Under the pieces are notes generated by a model that saw only the letters and a list, made by a program, of their open reading frames with translations, made no database searches and was not told the DNA's origin. From contig OZ253470.1 of assembly GCA_965261735.1 (NCBI GenBank), positions 3,616,001 through 3,680,000 on the forward strand: a DNA stretch of 64,000 nucleotides, in the 5' to 3' direction. This document shows positions 1 through 10,447 of this stretch, piece by piece. The translations under genes and the position numbers were made by a program. How positions within the stretch are numbered: position 1 is the first letter of the stretch; every line of letters starts with the position of its first letter. The stretch comes from Alphaproteobacteria bacterium (lineage in GTDB: Bacteria; Pseudomonadota; Alphaproteobacteria; SHVV01).

Positions 1-184
1 GGGGATGTGGGCAAGGCGCGTAGCGACTTGTCCATCATATCCACAGGCGGGGCGCCGCGGTAGGCCTCGGCCGGCGTTTTTCCCCCGAGCGCCGAGTGCG
101 GCCTCTCGGTGTTGTAGAAGTCGATCCACTCGCCGATGACGCGCCGGGCCTCGAAGCCGTCGGCGAGCTCGCGCAGATAGACGG
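1..184 (-). pseudogene. IS3-family OrfB (DDE integrase core) C-terminal fragment
   Basis: Minus strand reads VYLRELADGFEARRVIGEWIDFYNTERPHSALGGKTPAEAY, a typical IS3 OrfB C-terminus; cut at 184 by the next IS. Confidence 0.8.
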
Positions 185-734
185 TGGAGTGACCCCCTAA
201 AAGGGGTCCAGATTTATTAAAGAGTTTGGCGCATTTTGCCCCCTCGAAAGGAGGACAAAATGAGCCGTAAACGCTACACCTCAGAACAGATTATCAGCAT
301 GTTGCGCGAAGCCGAGGTGGCTTTGGCGCAGGGCCAGTCCGTTGGTCAAGCTTGTCGCACACTCGGCGTATCGGAGCAGAGTTGCTATCGCTGGCGCAAG
401 GAATATGGCGGCCTTCGTACTGACCAGGCCAAGCGTCTGAAGGACCTGGAGAAGGAGAATGGCCGTCTCCGGAAGGCGATCTCGGATCTGACGTTGGATA
501 AGCTGATCTTGCAAGAGGCGCTTGAGGGAAATTGCTAAGCCCCGCCCGTCGCCGGCAGTGTGTTGATCATCTCCAGGCCGAACTGGGAATCTCCGAGCGA
601 CGTGCCTGTGCTGTTGCAGGCCAACATCGCTCAACCCAGCCCAAGAGACCCCGTGGTCGGGATGATGAAGAGGCACTCACGGCCGCGATCATCCGCTTGG
701 CCAGCCAGTATGGCAGATATGGCTATCGGCGGAT
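185..734 (+). mobile_element. IS3-family (IS407-like) element, 3'-truncated by IS256
   Basis: Starts TGGAGTGACCCC; orfA 260-538, then orfB in the -1 frame across a GGGAAAT slippery site; orfB (RQCVDHL...YGRYGYRRM) is cut at the IS256 end at 735. Confidence 0.85.
260..538 (+). CDS. IS3-family OrfA (HTH)
   Basis: MSRKRYTSEQIISMLREAE...YRWRKEYGG...LEKENGRLRK; GGAGG ribosome-binding site upstream. Confidence 0.88.
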   Translation: MSRKRYTSEQIISMLREAEVALAQGQSVGQACRTLGVSEQSCYRWRKEYGGLRTDQAKRLKDLEKENGRLRKAISDLTLDKLILQEALEGNC

Positions 735-1084
735 GATCGTGTCCCGCGGAGTGGTGTAAGAGCGTTGCGCTCTACGCGGCTCCCGGCGGGTAGGGCCGGG
801 ACGTTCAGGCTGCCACGGTGGGCAGCGTGATGGGGACACCATCGCTCAGCGGAGCGATGGATTCCAGCGTCATGTATCTCCTTGAGACGGCCCACTCGTC
901 GTTCTGCTCGAGAAGGATGGCGCCGACGAGCCGTGTGATGGCGGCTTCGTTGGGAAAGATACCGACGACGTTGGTGCGACGCTTGACCTCGGCATGGAGC
1001 CGATGGGGTGGACGCCCCTCCCGACGGCATCGCGATGTGCCAGGTTGGCGGTGTTGTTAACGCCAAGCGAGGAAGGGGGCGTCC

Positions 1085-2107
1085 ATGGAACAGGTTCACA
1101 TGATCGGGATCGATCTGGCGAAGAACAGCTTTCAGCTGCACGGTGCGCGGGCGGATGGGTTGGTTGCGTTCCGCAAGAAGCTGAGCCGGGCGAAGCTGTT
1201 GGACTTTGTGGCTGCGCAGCCACGCTGCACGGTGGCGATGGAGGCGTGCGGCGGCGCGCACCATTGGGGCCGGGAGATCGGCAGTCTCGGCCATGCGGTG
1301 CGACTGGTCCCACCGATCTACGTCAAAGCGTACGTCAAGCGGCAAAAGAACGACGCGTCGGATGCGGAGGCGATCTGCGAGGCGTCGTCGCGGCCGACCA
1401 TGCGCTTTGTGGCTGTGAAGACGGAGGAACAGCAGGCTCGGGGCATGCTGTTCCGGACGCGCGATCTTCTGGTGCGCCAGCGCACCCAGACGATTAATGC
1501 GCTGCGCGGCCATCTGGCGGAGTTCGGTGTCATTGCCCCACAGGGGCCGGCTCATGTCGGCCGGCTGACCTCGGCGCTTGAGGGACCGGCTTCGAGGTTG
1601 CCGGAAGCGGTCCGCGAGCTGGCCGGCCTTCTGCTTGAGCAGATCGCCGGCCTCGATGCGAAGATTGCGGGCCTGGAGAGGGAGGTCCACGTGAGAGCAC
1701 GGCAGGATGAGGAGGCGAGGCGCCTGATGAGCGTGCCGGGGATCGGGCCGATCAGCGCGATGGCAATCCAGGCCTTCGCACCGCCGATGGAGAGTTTCCG
1801 GCGCGGCCGCGACTTCTCCGCTTGGCTCGGCCTCGTGCCGCGCCAGCACACGACCGGCGGCAAGCCGAAGCTGGGCAAGATATCGAAGATGGGCCAGCGC
1901 GATCTGAGACGGCTGCTGATCACAGGCGCGATGACTGTGGTCCGCTGGGCGGTTCGGCGCGGCGTGACGACGGACCCCTGGCTGGCCGGGATGCTGGCGC
2001 GCAAGCCGAGGATGCTCGTCGCGGTGGCGCTGGCCAACAGGATGGCGCGCATCGTCTGGGTGCTACTGACGAAGAAGAAGAGCTACCGGGCTCCCGCCAC
2101 CGCCTGA
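1085..2107 (+). CDS. IS110-family DEDD recombinase/transposase
   Basis: [46 protein letters not shown] motifs; intact 340 aa. Confidence 0.95.
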   Translation: MEQVHMIGIDLAKNSFQLHGARADGLVAFRKKLSRAKLLDFVAAQPRCTVAMEACGGAHHWGREIGSLGHAVRLVPPIYVKAYVKRQKNDASDAEAICEASSRPTMRFVAVKTEEQQARGMLFRTRDLLVRQRTQTINALRGHLAEFGVIAPQGPAHVGRLTSALEGPASRLPEAVRELAGLLLEQIAGLDAKIAGLEREVHVRARQDEEARRLMSVPGIGPISAMAIQAFAPPMESFRRGRDFSAWLGLVPRQHTTGGKPKLGKISKMGQRDLRRLLITGAMTVVRWAVRRGVTTDPWLAGMLARKPRMLVAVALANRMARIVWVLLTKKKSYRAPATA

Positions 2108-2360
2108 GAGAACGGCGAAGTGCGGGAAGCCGTCGGGGATGTGGGCAGGACGGAGGACAGGTAAGGGCAAAGGTCAACGAGACCGGGTTGGGAAAACCAG
2201 CATCCGAACGGAGAGCTTTCAAGCTCGCGTAACCGATTTGGACCCAATCCGCGTATCTCCATACGGGCCCGCGGCGTGTCATCTGCCGCATAGAGAGGCC
2301 GGACACACGACAGCACCTGACCGCATGCACCGAGCCGACCAAAAACTGCTTGCATCAACG
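2108..2360 (+). ncRNA. Putative bridge RNA / seekRNA of the IS1111-type element
   Basis: Two stem-internal-loop-stem modules; loop segments match the target (CGAACGG 2205-2211; AACCG 2231-2235) and the donor (CCAT 2259-2262; ACACACG 2303-2309). Boundaries approximate. Confidence 0.7.
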
Positions 2361-3652
2361 GGGGCGTCCACACACGTTCGATCGGGTTTGTGGAGTGCAA
2401 TTTCTGGCGGTGCTCCCTGGGGAAGCTCATGTAGGCGAGGACGTCGTGCTCGGCTTCGTCCATGAGAACTGCCAGCTTGGGCACCTTGGGCCTGAGCTGG
2501 TCGGCGACCTGGCGCCACTGGACCTTCGCGCTGTCGGCGTCCTCCTGGGCGAAGGCGGAGACGACGCGCCGGCCCTGGCGGCCGGCATGGGCCAGCAGGT
2601 TGCGGGCGAAGTGCACGCGGCAGCGCTGCCATGTGGCGCCGAGGATCCGGGTCGCGGCGGCCTTCAGGCCCTTGTGGTCGTCGGAGATCACCAGCTTCAC
2701 GCCGCGCAGCCCGCGCCGGGCCAGCGAGCGCAGGAACTCGGTCCAGAAGGTCTCGGCCTCCGACGCGCCGATCGCCACGCCCAGGACCTCGCGGCGGCCT
2801 TGGTCGTTGACGGCCACAGCCACGGTCACCGCGACCGAGACGATGCGTCCGGTCTGGCGCACCTTCACGTAGGTGGCGTCGAGCCACAGATAGGGCCAGT
2901 CGCCCTCCAGCGGTCGATCGAGGAAGCCGGTGACCTTATCGTCGATCTCGCCGCACAGCCTGGAGACCTGGCTCTTGGAGGCGCCCGACATCCCCATCGC
3001 CTGAACCAGATCGTCGACCGAGCGGGTCGACACCCCCTGGATGTAGGCCTCCTGGATCACCGCAGCCAGCGCCTTCTCGGCCATCCGCCGCGGCTCCAGG
3101 AAGCCCGGGAAGTAGCTTCCCTTCCTCAGCTTCGGGATCTTCAGCTCGACCGTGCCGGCCCGCGTCTCCCAGGACCGGTCGCGGTAGCCGTTGCGATGGG
3201 TGATACGATCCGCCGAGCGCTCGCCGTGCCCGGCGCCGGTCAGGCCCTCAACCTCCAGTGCCATCAGCCGCTCGGCCGTGAAGCCGATCATCTCGCAAAG
3301 CAGATCGGCATCGGAGCTCTTCTCCAAAAGCGCGCGCAGGGTCATCATGTCCTGGGTCATCGTGGTTCTCCTTCGGGTCAGGTTGGTTTGCACTAGCCCA
3401 ACCCTAAACCGGAACCGCGATGGCCTCCGCTGTGGATAGCCGGCTTGCCTACGCCAGACTCTCGGCGGTCGCTACGGCAAGCCGCCTACCCACAGCTAAC
3501 AGAGGCTCCAACAACTCCTACACCACGTCCTGGGACACGACCTTCCTCCTTTGCTCAGCAGCCACTGCGGTACCACGCTTTGCGATCCGCGCACTCATTT
3601 TTTGTATATTATTTGGAAGCGGAAAAAGGTTTCGTAAAGCAGCGGAACTAGC

Positions 3653-3967
3653 TTATGCCAGTGCAGGCACTTGTAGTTCCACCGCGTCACCTTTTACGGT
3701 CACATCGAATTTCTGTACCGGTTTGCCGGCGTTGCCAACGCCCTTCCAGACATCGACACGGAATGCGTGCAGGGGGCACTGGACCTCGGTGCCGTCGAAC
3801 TCGCCTTCACCCAGTGATCCACCGGCATGCGGGCAACGATTGTTGATCGCCGCGCAATGCTCGCCAACTCGGAACACGGCAACCCTCAAACGTTCATTAA
3901 CGTCGATGATTTTCGCGCCGTTGTCCGGGATATCGCTCAGTTGCAGATTAATCGTTTGGTCGCCCAC
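3653..3967 (-). CDS. Rieske [2Fe-2S] ferredoxin
   Basis: CPHAGGSLGEG...CPLH Rieske motifs, 104 aa. Confidence 0.9.
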   Translation of the reverse strand: MGDQTINLQLSDIPDNGAKIIDVNERLRVAVFRVGEHCAAINNRCPHAGGSLGEGEFDGTEVQCPLHAFRVDVWKGVGNAGKPVQKFDVTVKGDAVELQVPALA

Positions 3968-4230
3968 GCACTTACCTCACTACTAATTCCGGTGGAGAGA
4001 CTGCCACCAGATGCCCCGCGCGGCAATCTAACGTTGTAGGCGCCCTCGCCGGTCTGATCCCGCGCAATCTGGGCTTTGATGGCGTGCTGGGCTTCCTTCA
4101 GCTCGCGGGCAATAGGGTCGAAGAAGTGAAGGCGCGGGCGGCACGGCGGTGGGCGTCCGAGAAATTCGCAGGCGCCGCCGACGGGGCGGCAGCGAACGCC
4201 ACCCCGCCGGTCGCACACCGCAAAGACCCT

Positions 4231-4479
4231 CTACAGGCCGTTGAGAATGATCCGCATCGCTTTTGCCAAGGCGAGCTGGGCCTCAGTGTGCGAGCCGGAC
4301 TTATGCAAGGATTCACCCTCATCGCGCAGTTGCTTGACTTCGCTGGACTGCGAGGCGTTGAGGCTGACCTTCGACATGGCGGCGTCGATGGCCTTGACGT
4401 CTGCTGGACAATGGAATGCGAGCGCGGGCGCGGAGATCGCAAGCGTGAGCGCCCCGGCAAGGAAAATACGTCCGATCAT
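4231..4479 (-). CDS. Small secreted hypothetical protein
   Basis: Signal peptide ending APALA, then FHCP and a helical body; GGAGG ribosome-binding site. Confidence 0.75.
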   Translation of the reverse strand: MIGRIFLAGALTLAISAPALAFHCPADVKAIDAAMSKVSLNASQSSEVKQLRDEGESLHKSGSHTEAQLALAKAMRIILNGL

Positions 4480-4687
4480 GGCTTCCTCCTGTTTGAACCG
4501 CCGACGGTTTTGCGGGCTTTGAAACTCGTCGAAGGTTAAACACGCGCCGTAGCCGTCTATTCCCGGGCCCGCACGGGCGGGTACGCGGCCGCCACTGACC
4601 CCCAGTTAACGCCTGCGCCTCGAGGAACGCCCTGGACGTGCCGGCGCTGACGGCGGCCGGTGTCCCGACCGCCGATTCAAGCGATAC

Positions 4688-5731
4688 TTACTTTTTGCCG
4701 AAAATCTCCCTGATATTCTCCTGGAAGTACTCCTCCGACACGACCTCGTTCGGCATGGCGTTGGGCACGAGCTTGGCGTCCTTGAGCTTGGCGTAGCCAC
4801 CGCCGATCAGTTCCGGCTTGGCGGGGACTCTTCCTGAGTCGCCGAGGATCTTCTGCGCCGAGTCCGACATCATATAGTCGATGAACAGTTTGCCCGCATT
4901 GGGGTGCGGCGCGTTGGCCGACAGGCTGGTAACCAGGCCCAAGACCGTCATCCATTCCGGCACTCCCCAATCGACGGGAGCCCCGTCGGCCTTCACCGGC
5001 TCGGTGAATTGGGGATAGGCGGCGACGTGAATGGCGATCTCGCCCGACATGAGCATCTCGCGCACCTGCATGTAGCGCCCATATTTGGGCTTCTGAGCGG
5101 CGAGCTTATTCATGTAGTCGAGCCACTTCTGTTCGCCGAGCTCTTGACGCATCGTGACGGCCCAGCTGCGGGCACCGCCGGTCCCCAATGGATCCTGCAT
5201 GCCGATCCTGCCCTTCCACTTCGGATCGAGCAGGTCGTTCCAGGTCTTGGGCTCCTCGCCGGGCTTCACCAGGTTGGTGTTCCAGGCGAAGCTCGTGTTG
5301 TTCATGGCGTACGGATTGTTGTAGCCGTTGGCGTCCCTAAGCGCGGGCGGATAGTTCGCCTGCTGCGGCGAAACGTACTGTGCCAGCAAGTTCTGTTCCA
5401 CCCAGCCCGGCGTGGTCACGACGGTCGACAGCATCACGTCGACGACGTGGCGGCCGGTCTTCGATTCGGTCTCGAAGCGCTGGGCGTATTGGCGGGTGTC
5501 GCCGCGGAAGAAGTCGACGTCGATACCCGGGTACTTGCTCTGGAAATCGTTCTTCAGAGTCTGCAGCAGCTCGATCGGCTGGCCGGAATAGAAGACGAGC
5601 TTGCCCTCTTTCTTAGCGGCTTCGTAAGTGGCCTGCGCATCAGCCGCAGGCGCCGTGAACAGGCCCCCGATAGCCGCAAACACCGCTGCGGCGCCAAGCC
5701 AGCGCCAGCGAATCGGCGAAGTGGTTAGCAT
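4688..5731 (-). CDS. ABC transporter substrate-binding protein (AfuA/Fe3+-thiamine-like)
   Basis: Signal peptide; AKKEGKLVFYS, PKTWNDLLDPKWKG, APHPNAGKLFIDY motifs. Confidence 0.88.
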   Translation of the reverse strand: MLTTSPIRWRWLGAAAVFAAIGGLFTAPAADAQATYEAAKKEGKLVFYSGQPIELLQTLKNDFQSKYPGIDVDFFRGDTRQYAQRFETESKTGRHVVDVMLSTVVTTPGWVEQNLLAQYVSPQQANYPPALRDANGYNNPYAMNNTSFAWNTNLVKPGEEPKTWNDLLDPKWKGRIGMQDPLGTGGARSWAVTMRQELGEQKWLDYMNKLAAQKPKYGRYMQVREMLMSGEIAIHVAAYPQFTEPVKADGAPVDWGVPEWMTVLGLVTSLSANAPHPNAGKLFIDYMMSDSAQKILGDSGRVPAKPELIGGGYAKLKDAKLVPNAMPNEVVSEEYFQENIREIFGKK

Positions 5732-6227
5732 TGGTATTTCTCCCTTGTTCTCGTAATTTGCCTCGATCGCGCAACAACGCTCCGCAGATTAGGCGGTCCA
5801 TGTGACCGGCGCAAGCCTGCGGCCTCGAGGCGCCAAACGCAACTGATTTGCGCCACACTTGGCACTTCCGGACTCGTCCTCTTGGATGGTGAAGTCCTAA
5901 TTTGAAACAGCTCGGTTGTAATTGGCACGACCTTTTCGACTTCAAGAAGCTCTGTCGACCTGACCTATCCGATCGACGGAGGCGAGACGTTCGCCTGAGA
6001 GGCGGGACGTCCAGGTGAAGGGGGGGCGCATCCGGAGTCGGCGACCGCGGCGAGCGTATGAAGCGGCCGGTCATCGGTGAGCCGGTCGGATCTCGGCCCG
6101 GCTACGCGCGCGGATGATCGGAGTGTCGTTCATATGCGCTCTCCGTGATGGATGCGGAAAATGAAGCGCCTGCCCGGAGGGGTTCCGGACGGGGTGCTTG
6201 CCGTGGCGGGCGGTCAGTGGACGAGGC

Positions 6228-7069
6228 TGCGCATTCCGACAAAAGCGGCCACTGATTCCGATCCAAAACGGCCACTTTGGCCGGGGGTCGAAATTGGCGT
6301 CGTGATCGTCGCCGTTGGGTGCTTCCTTGATGTCATTTTCGTTCGGCGTGGTCAACGTCGTTGGCGTTGAAGTTTTCGGCGATGGTCTTTCGCATGGAGG
6401 GCCCGTCGAGGTTGATTCTGTGGGAGTTGTGGACGATACGGTCGAGGATGGCGTCGGCGAATGTGGGTTCGCCGATGACGTCGTGCCATTTGTCGACGGG
6501 CAGTTGGCTGGTGATCAGGATGGCGGCGTTTTGGTACCGGTCCTCGACGATTTCCATGAGGTCGCGTCGCTGATCGGCGCTGAGGCGGTCGGGTCCCCAA
6601 TCGTCGAGGATGAGGAGATTGGCCTTGGTGAGCGCGCGGAACAGGCGGGGGTAGCGTCCGTCGGCGCGCCCTGTTTCGAGCTCGGCTAACATCCTGGGGA
6701 CGCGCTTGTAGAGAACGGAGAAGTCGTCGCGGCAGGCCTTTTGGCCGAGCGCGCAGGCGAGCCATGATTTTCCGACGCCACAGGGACCAGTGACGATCAG
6801 GTTCTGTTTGCCGGCGATCCATTTGCCGCGCGCCAGTTGCTGGAAGAGGGCTTTGTCGAGGCGTCGGGAAGCCCGGTAATCGACATCCTCGATACAGGCG
6901 TCTGGATGGCGCAGGCGGGCGTTGCGGAGCCTGTAGGTCAGTCGCCGGTCGTCGCGTTCGGCTTCCTCGCGGTCGAGCAGCAAGGCCAGCCATTGGCTAT
7001 GGTCGAGCTCGCCGGCCTGGGGATTGTCGTTGAGCTCGGCGAAAGCGCGGGCCATGCCGTGCAGCTTGA
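6228..7069 (-). mobile_element. istB: IS21-family remnant: right end plus N-truncated istB (6333-7069)
   Basis: End TGCGCATTCCGAC with repeated CGGCCAC motifs; IstB Walker A GPCGVGKS, LLILDDWG, DAILDRIVH; cut by IS256 copy 2. Confidence 0.88.
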
Positions 7070-8503
7070 GGTCGTGTCCCAGGACGTGGTGTAGGAGTTG
7101 TTGGAGCCTCTGTTAGCTGTGGGTAGGCGGCTTGCCGTAGCGACCGCCGAGAGTCTGGCGTAGGCAAGCCGGCTATCCACAGCGGAGGCCATCGCGGTTC
7201 CGGTTTAGGGTTGGGCTAGTGCAAACCAACCTGACCCGAAGGAGAACCACGATGACCCAGGACATGATGACCCTGCGCGCGCTTTTGGAGAAGAGCTCCG
7301 ATGCCGATCTGCTTTGCGAGATGATCGGCTTCACGGCCGAGCGGCTGATGGCACTGGAGGTTGAGGGCCTGACCGGCGCCGGGCACGGCGAGCGCTCGGC
7401 GGATCGTATCACCCATCGCAACGGCTACCGCGACCGGTCCTGGGAGACGCGGGCCGGCACGGTCGAGCTGAAGATCCCGAAGTTGAGGAAGGGAAGCTAC
7501 TTCCCGGGCTTCCTGGAGCCGCGGCGGATGGCCGAGAAGGCGCTGGCTGCGGTGATCCAGGAGGCCTACATCCAGGGGGTGTCGACCCGCTCGGTCGACG
7601 ATCTGGTTCAGGCGATGGGGATGTCGGGCGCCTCCAAGAGCCAGGTCTCCAGGCTGTGCGGCGAGATCGACGATAAGGTCACCGGCTTCCTCGATCGACC
7701 GCTGGAGGGCGACTGGCCCTATCTGTGGCTCGACGCCACCTACGTGAAGGTGCGCCAGATCGGACGCATCGTCTCGGTCGCGGTGACCGTGGCTGTGGCC
7801 GTCAACGACCAAGGCCGCCGCGAGGTCCTGGGCGTGGCGATCGGCGCGTCGGAGGCCGAGACCTTCTGGACCGAGTTCCTGCGCTCGCTGGCCCGGCGCG
7901 GGCTGCGCGGCGTGAAGCTGGTGATCTCCGACGACCACAAGGGCCTGAAGGCCGCCGCGACCCGGATCCTCGGCGCCACATGGCAGCGCTGCCGCGTGCA
8001 CTTCGCCCGCAACCTGCTGGCCCATGCCGGCCGCCAGGGCCGGCGCGTCGTCTCCGCCTTCGCCCAGGAGGACGCCGACAGCGCGAAGGTCCAGTGGCGC
8101 CAGGTCGCCGACCAGCTCAGGCCCAAGGTGCCCAAGCTGGCAGTTCTCATGGACGAAGCCGAGCACGACGTCCTCGCCTACATGAGCTTCCCCAGGGAGC
8201 ACCGCCAGAAATTGCACTCCACAAACCCGATCGAACGGCTCCATGCCGAGGTCAAGCGTCGCACCAACGTCGTCGGTATCTTTCCCAACGAAGCCGCCAT
8301 CACACGGCTCGTCGGCGCCATCCTTCTCGAGCAGAACGACGAGTGGGCCGTCTCAAGGAGATACATGACGCTGGAATCCATCGCTCCGCTGAGCGATGGT
8401 GTCCCCATCACGCTGCCCACCGTGGCAGCCTGAACGTCCCGGCCCTACCCGCCGGGAGCCGCGTAGAGCGCAACGCTCTTACACCACTCCGCGGGACACG
8501 ATC
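7070..8503 (+). mobile_element. IS256-family element type A, copy 2 (transposase 7252-8433)
   Basis: Both TIRs present; full ORF with [26 protein letters not shown] motifs. Confidence 0.95.
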
Positions 8504-8790
8504 CCTCAATGCCATCGTTATCGATAATTTGGCGGAGCCCCCGCGTCATCTGGTAGTCGGCCGTGCGGCTCTTCTCAACGAAGATTGTGTGCGCCATGTT
8601 GAGACGCCCGGTCCTCGCCTCATGGTCGTCGGACTTTTCATAGACAAAGATGATGAGGTGGTAACCGAGCCCATAAATCTTTTGGCGCGCCGACTTGAAT
8701 GGACAAGAGGACTGAGGTTGCCGGATGCTTGTGACCTTGATATCCAAATCGAGGCTCGGAATGTCGATGCCGCTAGCGGAGTTGCCCTCA
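8504..8790 (-). pseudogene. Type II restriction endonuclease (NspV-like), inverted middle fragment
   Basis: GNSASGID...DIKVTSIRQPQSSCPFKSARQKIYGLGY...RTADYQMTRG; continues in frame at 10239 across the shared TSD CATTGAGG. Confidence 0.75.
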
Positions 8791-8804
8791 GGCATCTCAA
8801 GCTG

Positions 8805-10238
8805 GATCGTGTCCCGCGGAGTGGTGTAAGAGCGTTGCGCTCTACGCGGCTCCCGGCGGGTAGGGCCGGGACGTTCAGGCTGCCACGGTGGGCAGCGTGA
8901 TGGGGACACCATCGCTCAGCGGAGCGATGGATTCCAGCGTCATGTATCTCCTTGAGACGGCCCACTCGTCGTTCTGCTCGAGAAGGATGGCGCCGACGAG
9001 CCGTGTGATGGCGGCTTCGTTGGGAAAGATACCGACGACGTTGGTGCGACGCTTGACCTCGGCATGGAGCCGTTCGATCGGGTTTGTGGAGTGCAATTTC
9101 TGGCGGTGCTCCCTGGGGAAGCTCATGTAGGCGAGGACGTCGTGCTCGGCTTCGTCCATGAGAACTGCCAGCTTGGGCACCTTGGGCCTGAGCTGGTCGG
9201 CGACCTGGCGCCACTGGACCTTCGCGCTGTCGGCGTCCTCCTGGGCGAAGGCGGAGACGACGCGCCGGCCCTGGCGGCCGGCATGGGCCAGCAGGTTGCG
9301 GGCGAAGTGCACGCGGCAGCGCTGCCATGTGGCGCCGAGGATCCGGGTCGCGGCGGCCTTCAGGCCCTTGTGGTCGTCGGAGATCACCAGCTTCACGCCG
9401 CGCAGCCCGCGCCGGGCCAGCGAGCGCAGGAACTCGGTCCAGAAGGTCTCGGCCTCCGACGCGCCGATCGCCACGCCCAGGACCTCGCGGCGGCCTTGGT
9501 CGTTGACGGCCACAGCCACGGTCACCGCGACCGAGACGATGCGTCCGGTCTGGCGCACCTTCACGTAGGTGGCGTCGAGCCACAGATAGGGCCAGTCGCC
9601 CTCCAGCGGTCGATCGAGGAAGCCGGTGACCTTATCGTCGATCTCGCCGCACAGCCTGGAGACCTGGCTCTTGGAGGCGCCCGACATCCCCATCGCCTGA
9701 ACCAGATCGTCGACCGAGCGGGTCGACACCCCCTGGATGTAGGCCTCCTGGATCACCGCAGCCAGCGCCTTCTCGGCCATCCGCCGCGGCTCCAGGAAGC
9801 CCGGGAAGTAGCTTCCCTTCCTCAGCTTCGGGATCTTCAGCTCGACCGTGCCGGCCCGCGTCTCCCAGGACCGGTCGCGGTAGCCGTTGCGATGGGTGAT
9901 ACGATCCGCCGAGCGCTCGCCGTGCCCGGCGCCGGTCAGGCCCTCAACCTCCAGTGCCATCAGCCGCTCGGCCGTGAAGCCGATCATCTCGCAAAGCAGA
10001 TCGGCATCGGAGCTCTTCTCCAAAAGCGCGCGCAGGGTCATCATGTCCTGGGTCATCGTGGTTCTCCTTCGGGTCAGGTTGGTTTGCACTAGCCCAACCC
10101 TAAACCGGAACCGCGATGGCCTCCGCTGTGGATAGCCGGCTTGCCTACGCCAGACTCTCGGCGGTCGCTACGGCAAGCCGCCTACCCACAGCTACCAGAG
10201 GCTCCAACAACTCCTACACCACGTCCTGGGACACGACC
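8805..10238 (-). mobile_element. IS256-family element type A, copy 3 (transposase 8875-10056)
   Basis: Near-identical to copy 2, in the opposite orientation. Confidence 0.95.
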
Positions 10239-10443
10239 CATTGAGGACGACATAGTTGCCTTCCTTCAGGACAAAAACCTTCCGGTGGATTAAATCGAAG
10301 CTCGGAAGCTTGCAGCGGACATCCTTCGGGAGCCGCCACTTCAGGGCTACCTAACTATTTCCAACGCCCTGCAATGGCGGCTTCAGTACGGGCGTGTCAT
10401 CGCACAGGCCGGGGGCATCACGGGCATCGATAGGGTGCGCTAA
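10239..10443 (+). pseudogene. Type II restriction endonuclease (NspV-like), C-terminal fragment with internal stop
   Basis: IEDDIVAFLQDKNLPVD*IEARKLA...QGYLTISNALQWRLQYGRVI; ends 4 bp before the methyltransferase ATG. Confidence 0.75.
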
Positions 10444-10447
10444 CGTG

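Larger units (their letters stand above)
1001..2376 (+). mobile_element. IS110-family (IS1111 group) element, copy 1
   Basis: Bounded by a CG core at 1001-1002 and 2375-2376 within IS256 GGAGC-CG-TTCGATC; sub-terminal IRs TGGACGCCCC (1009-1018) / GGGGCGTCCA (2361-2370); long 3' non-coding end. Confidence 0.93.
735..3542 (-). mobile_element. IS256-family element type A, copy 1, interrupted by IS1111-type element
   Basis: Imperfect TIRs GATCGTGTCCCGCGGAGTGGTGTA / GGTCGTGTCCCAGGACGTGGTGTA; 1434 bp after removing the insert, the same length as copies 2 and 3; flanks show no TSD. Confidence 0.93.
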
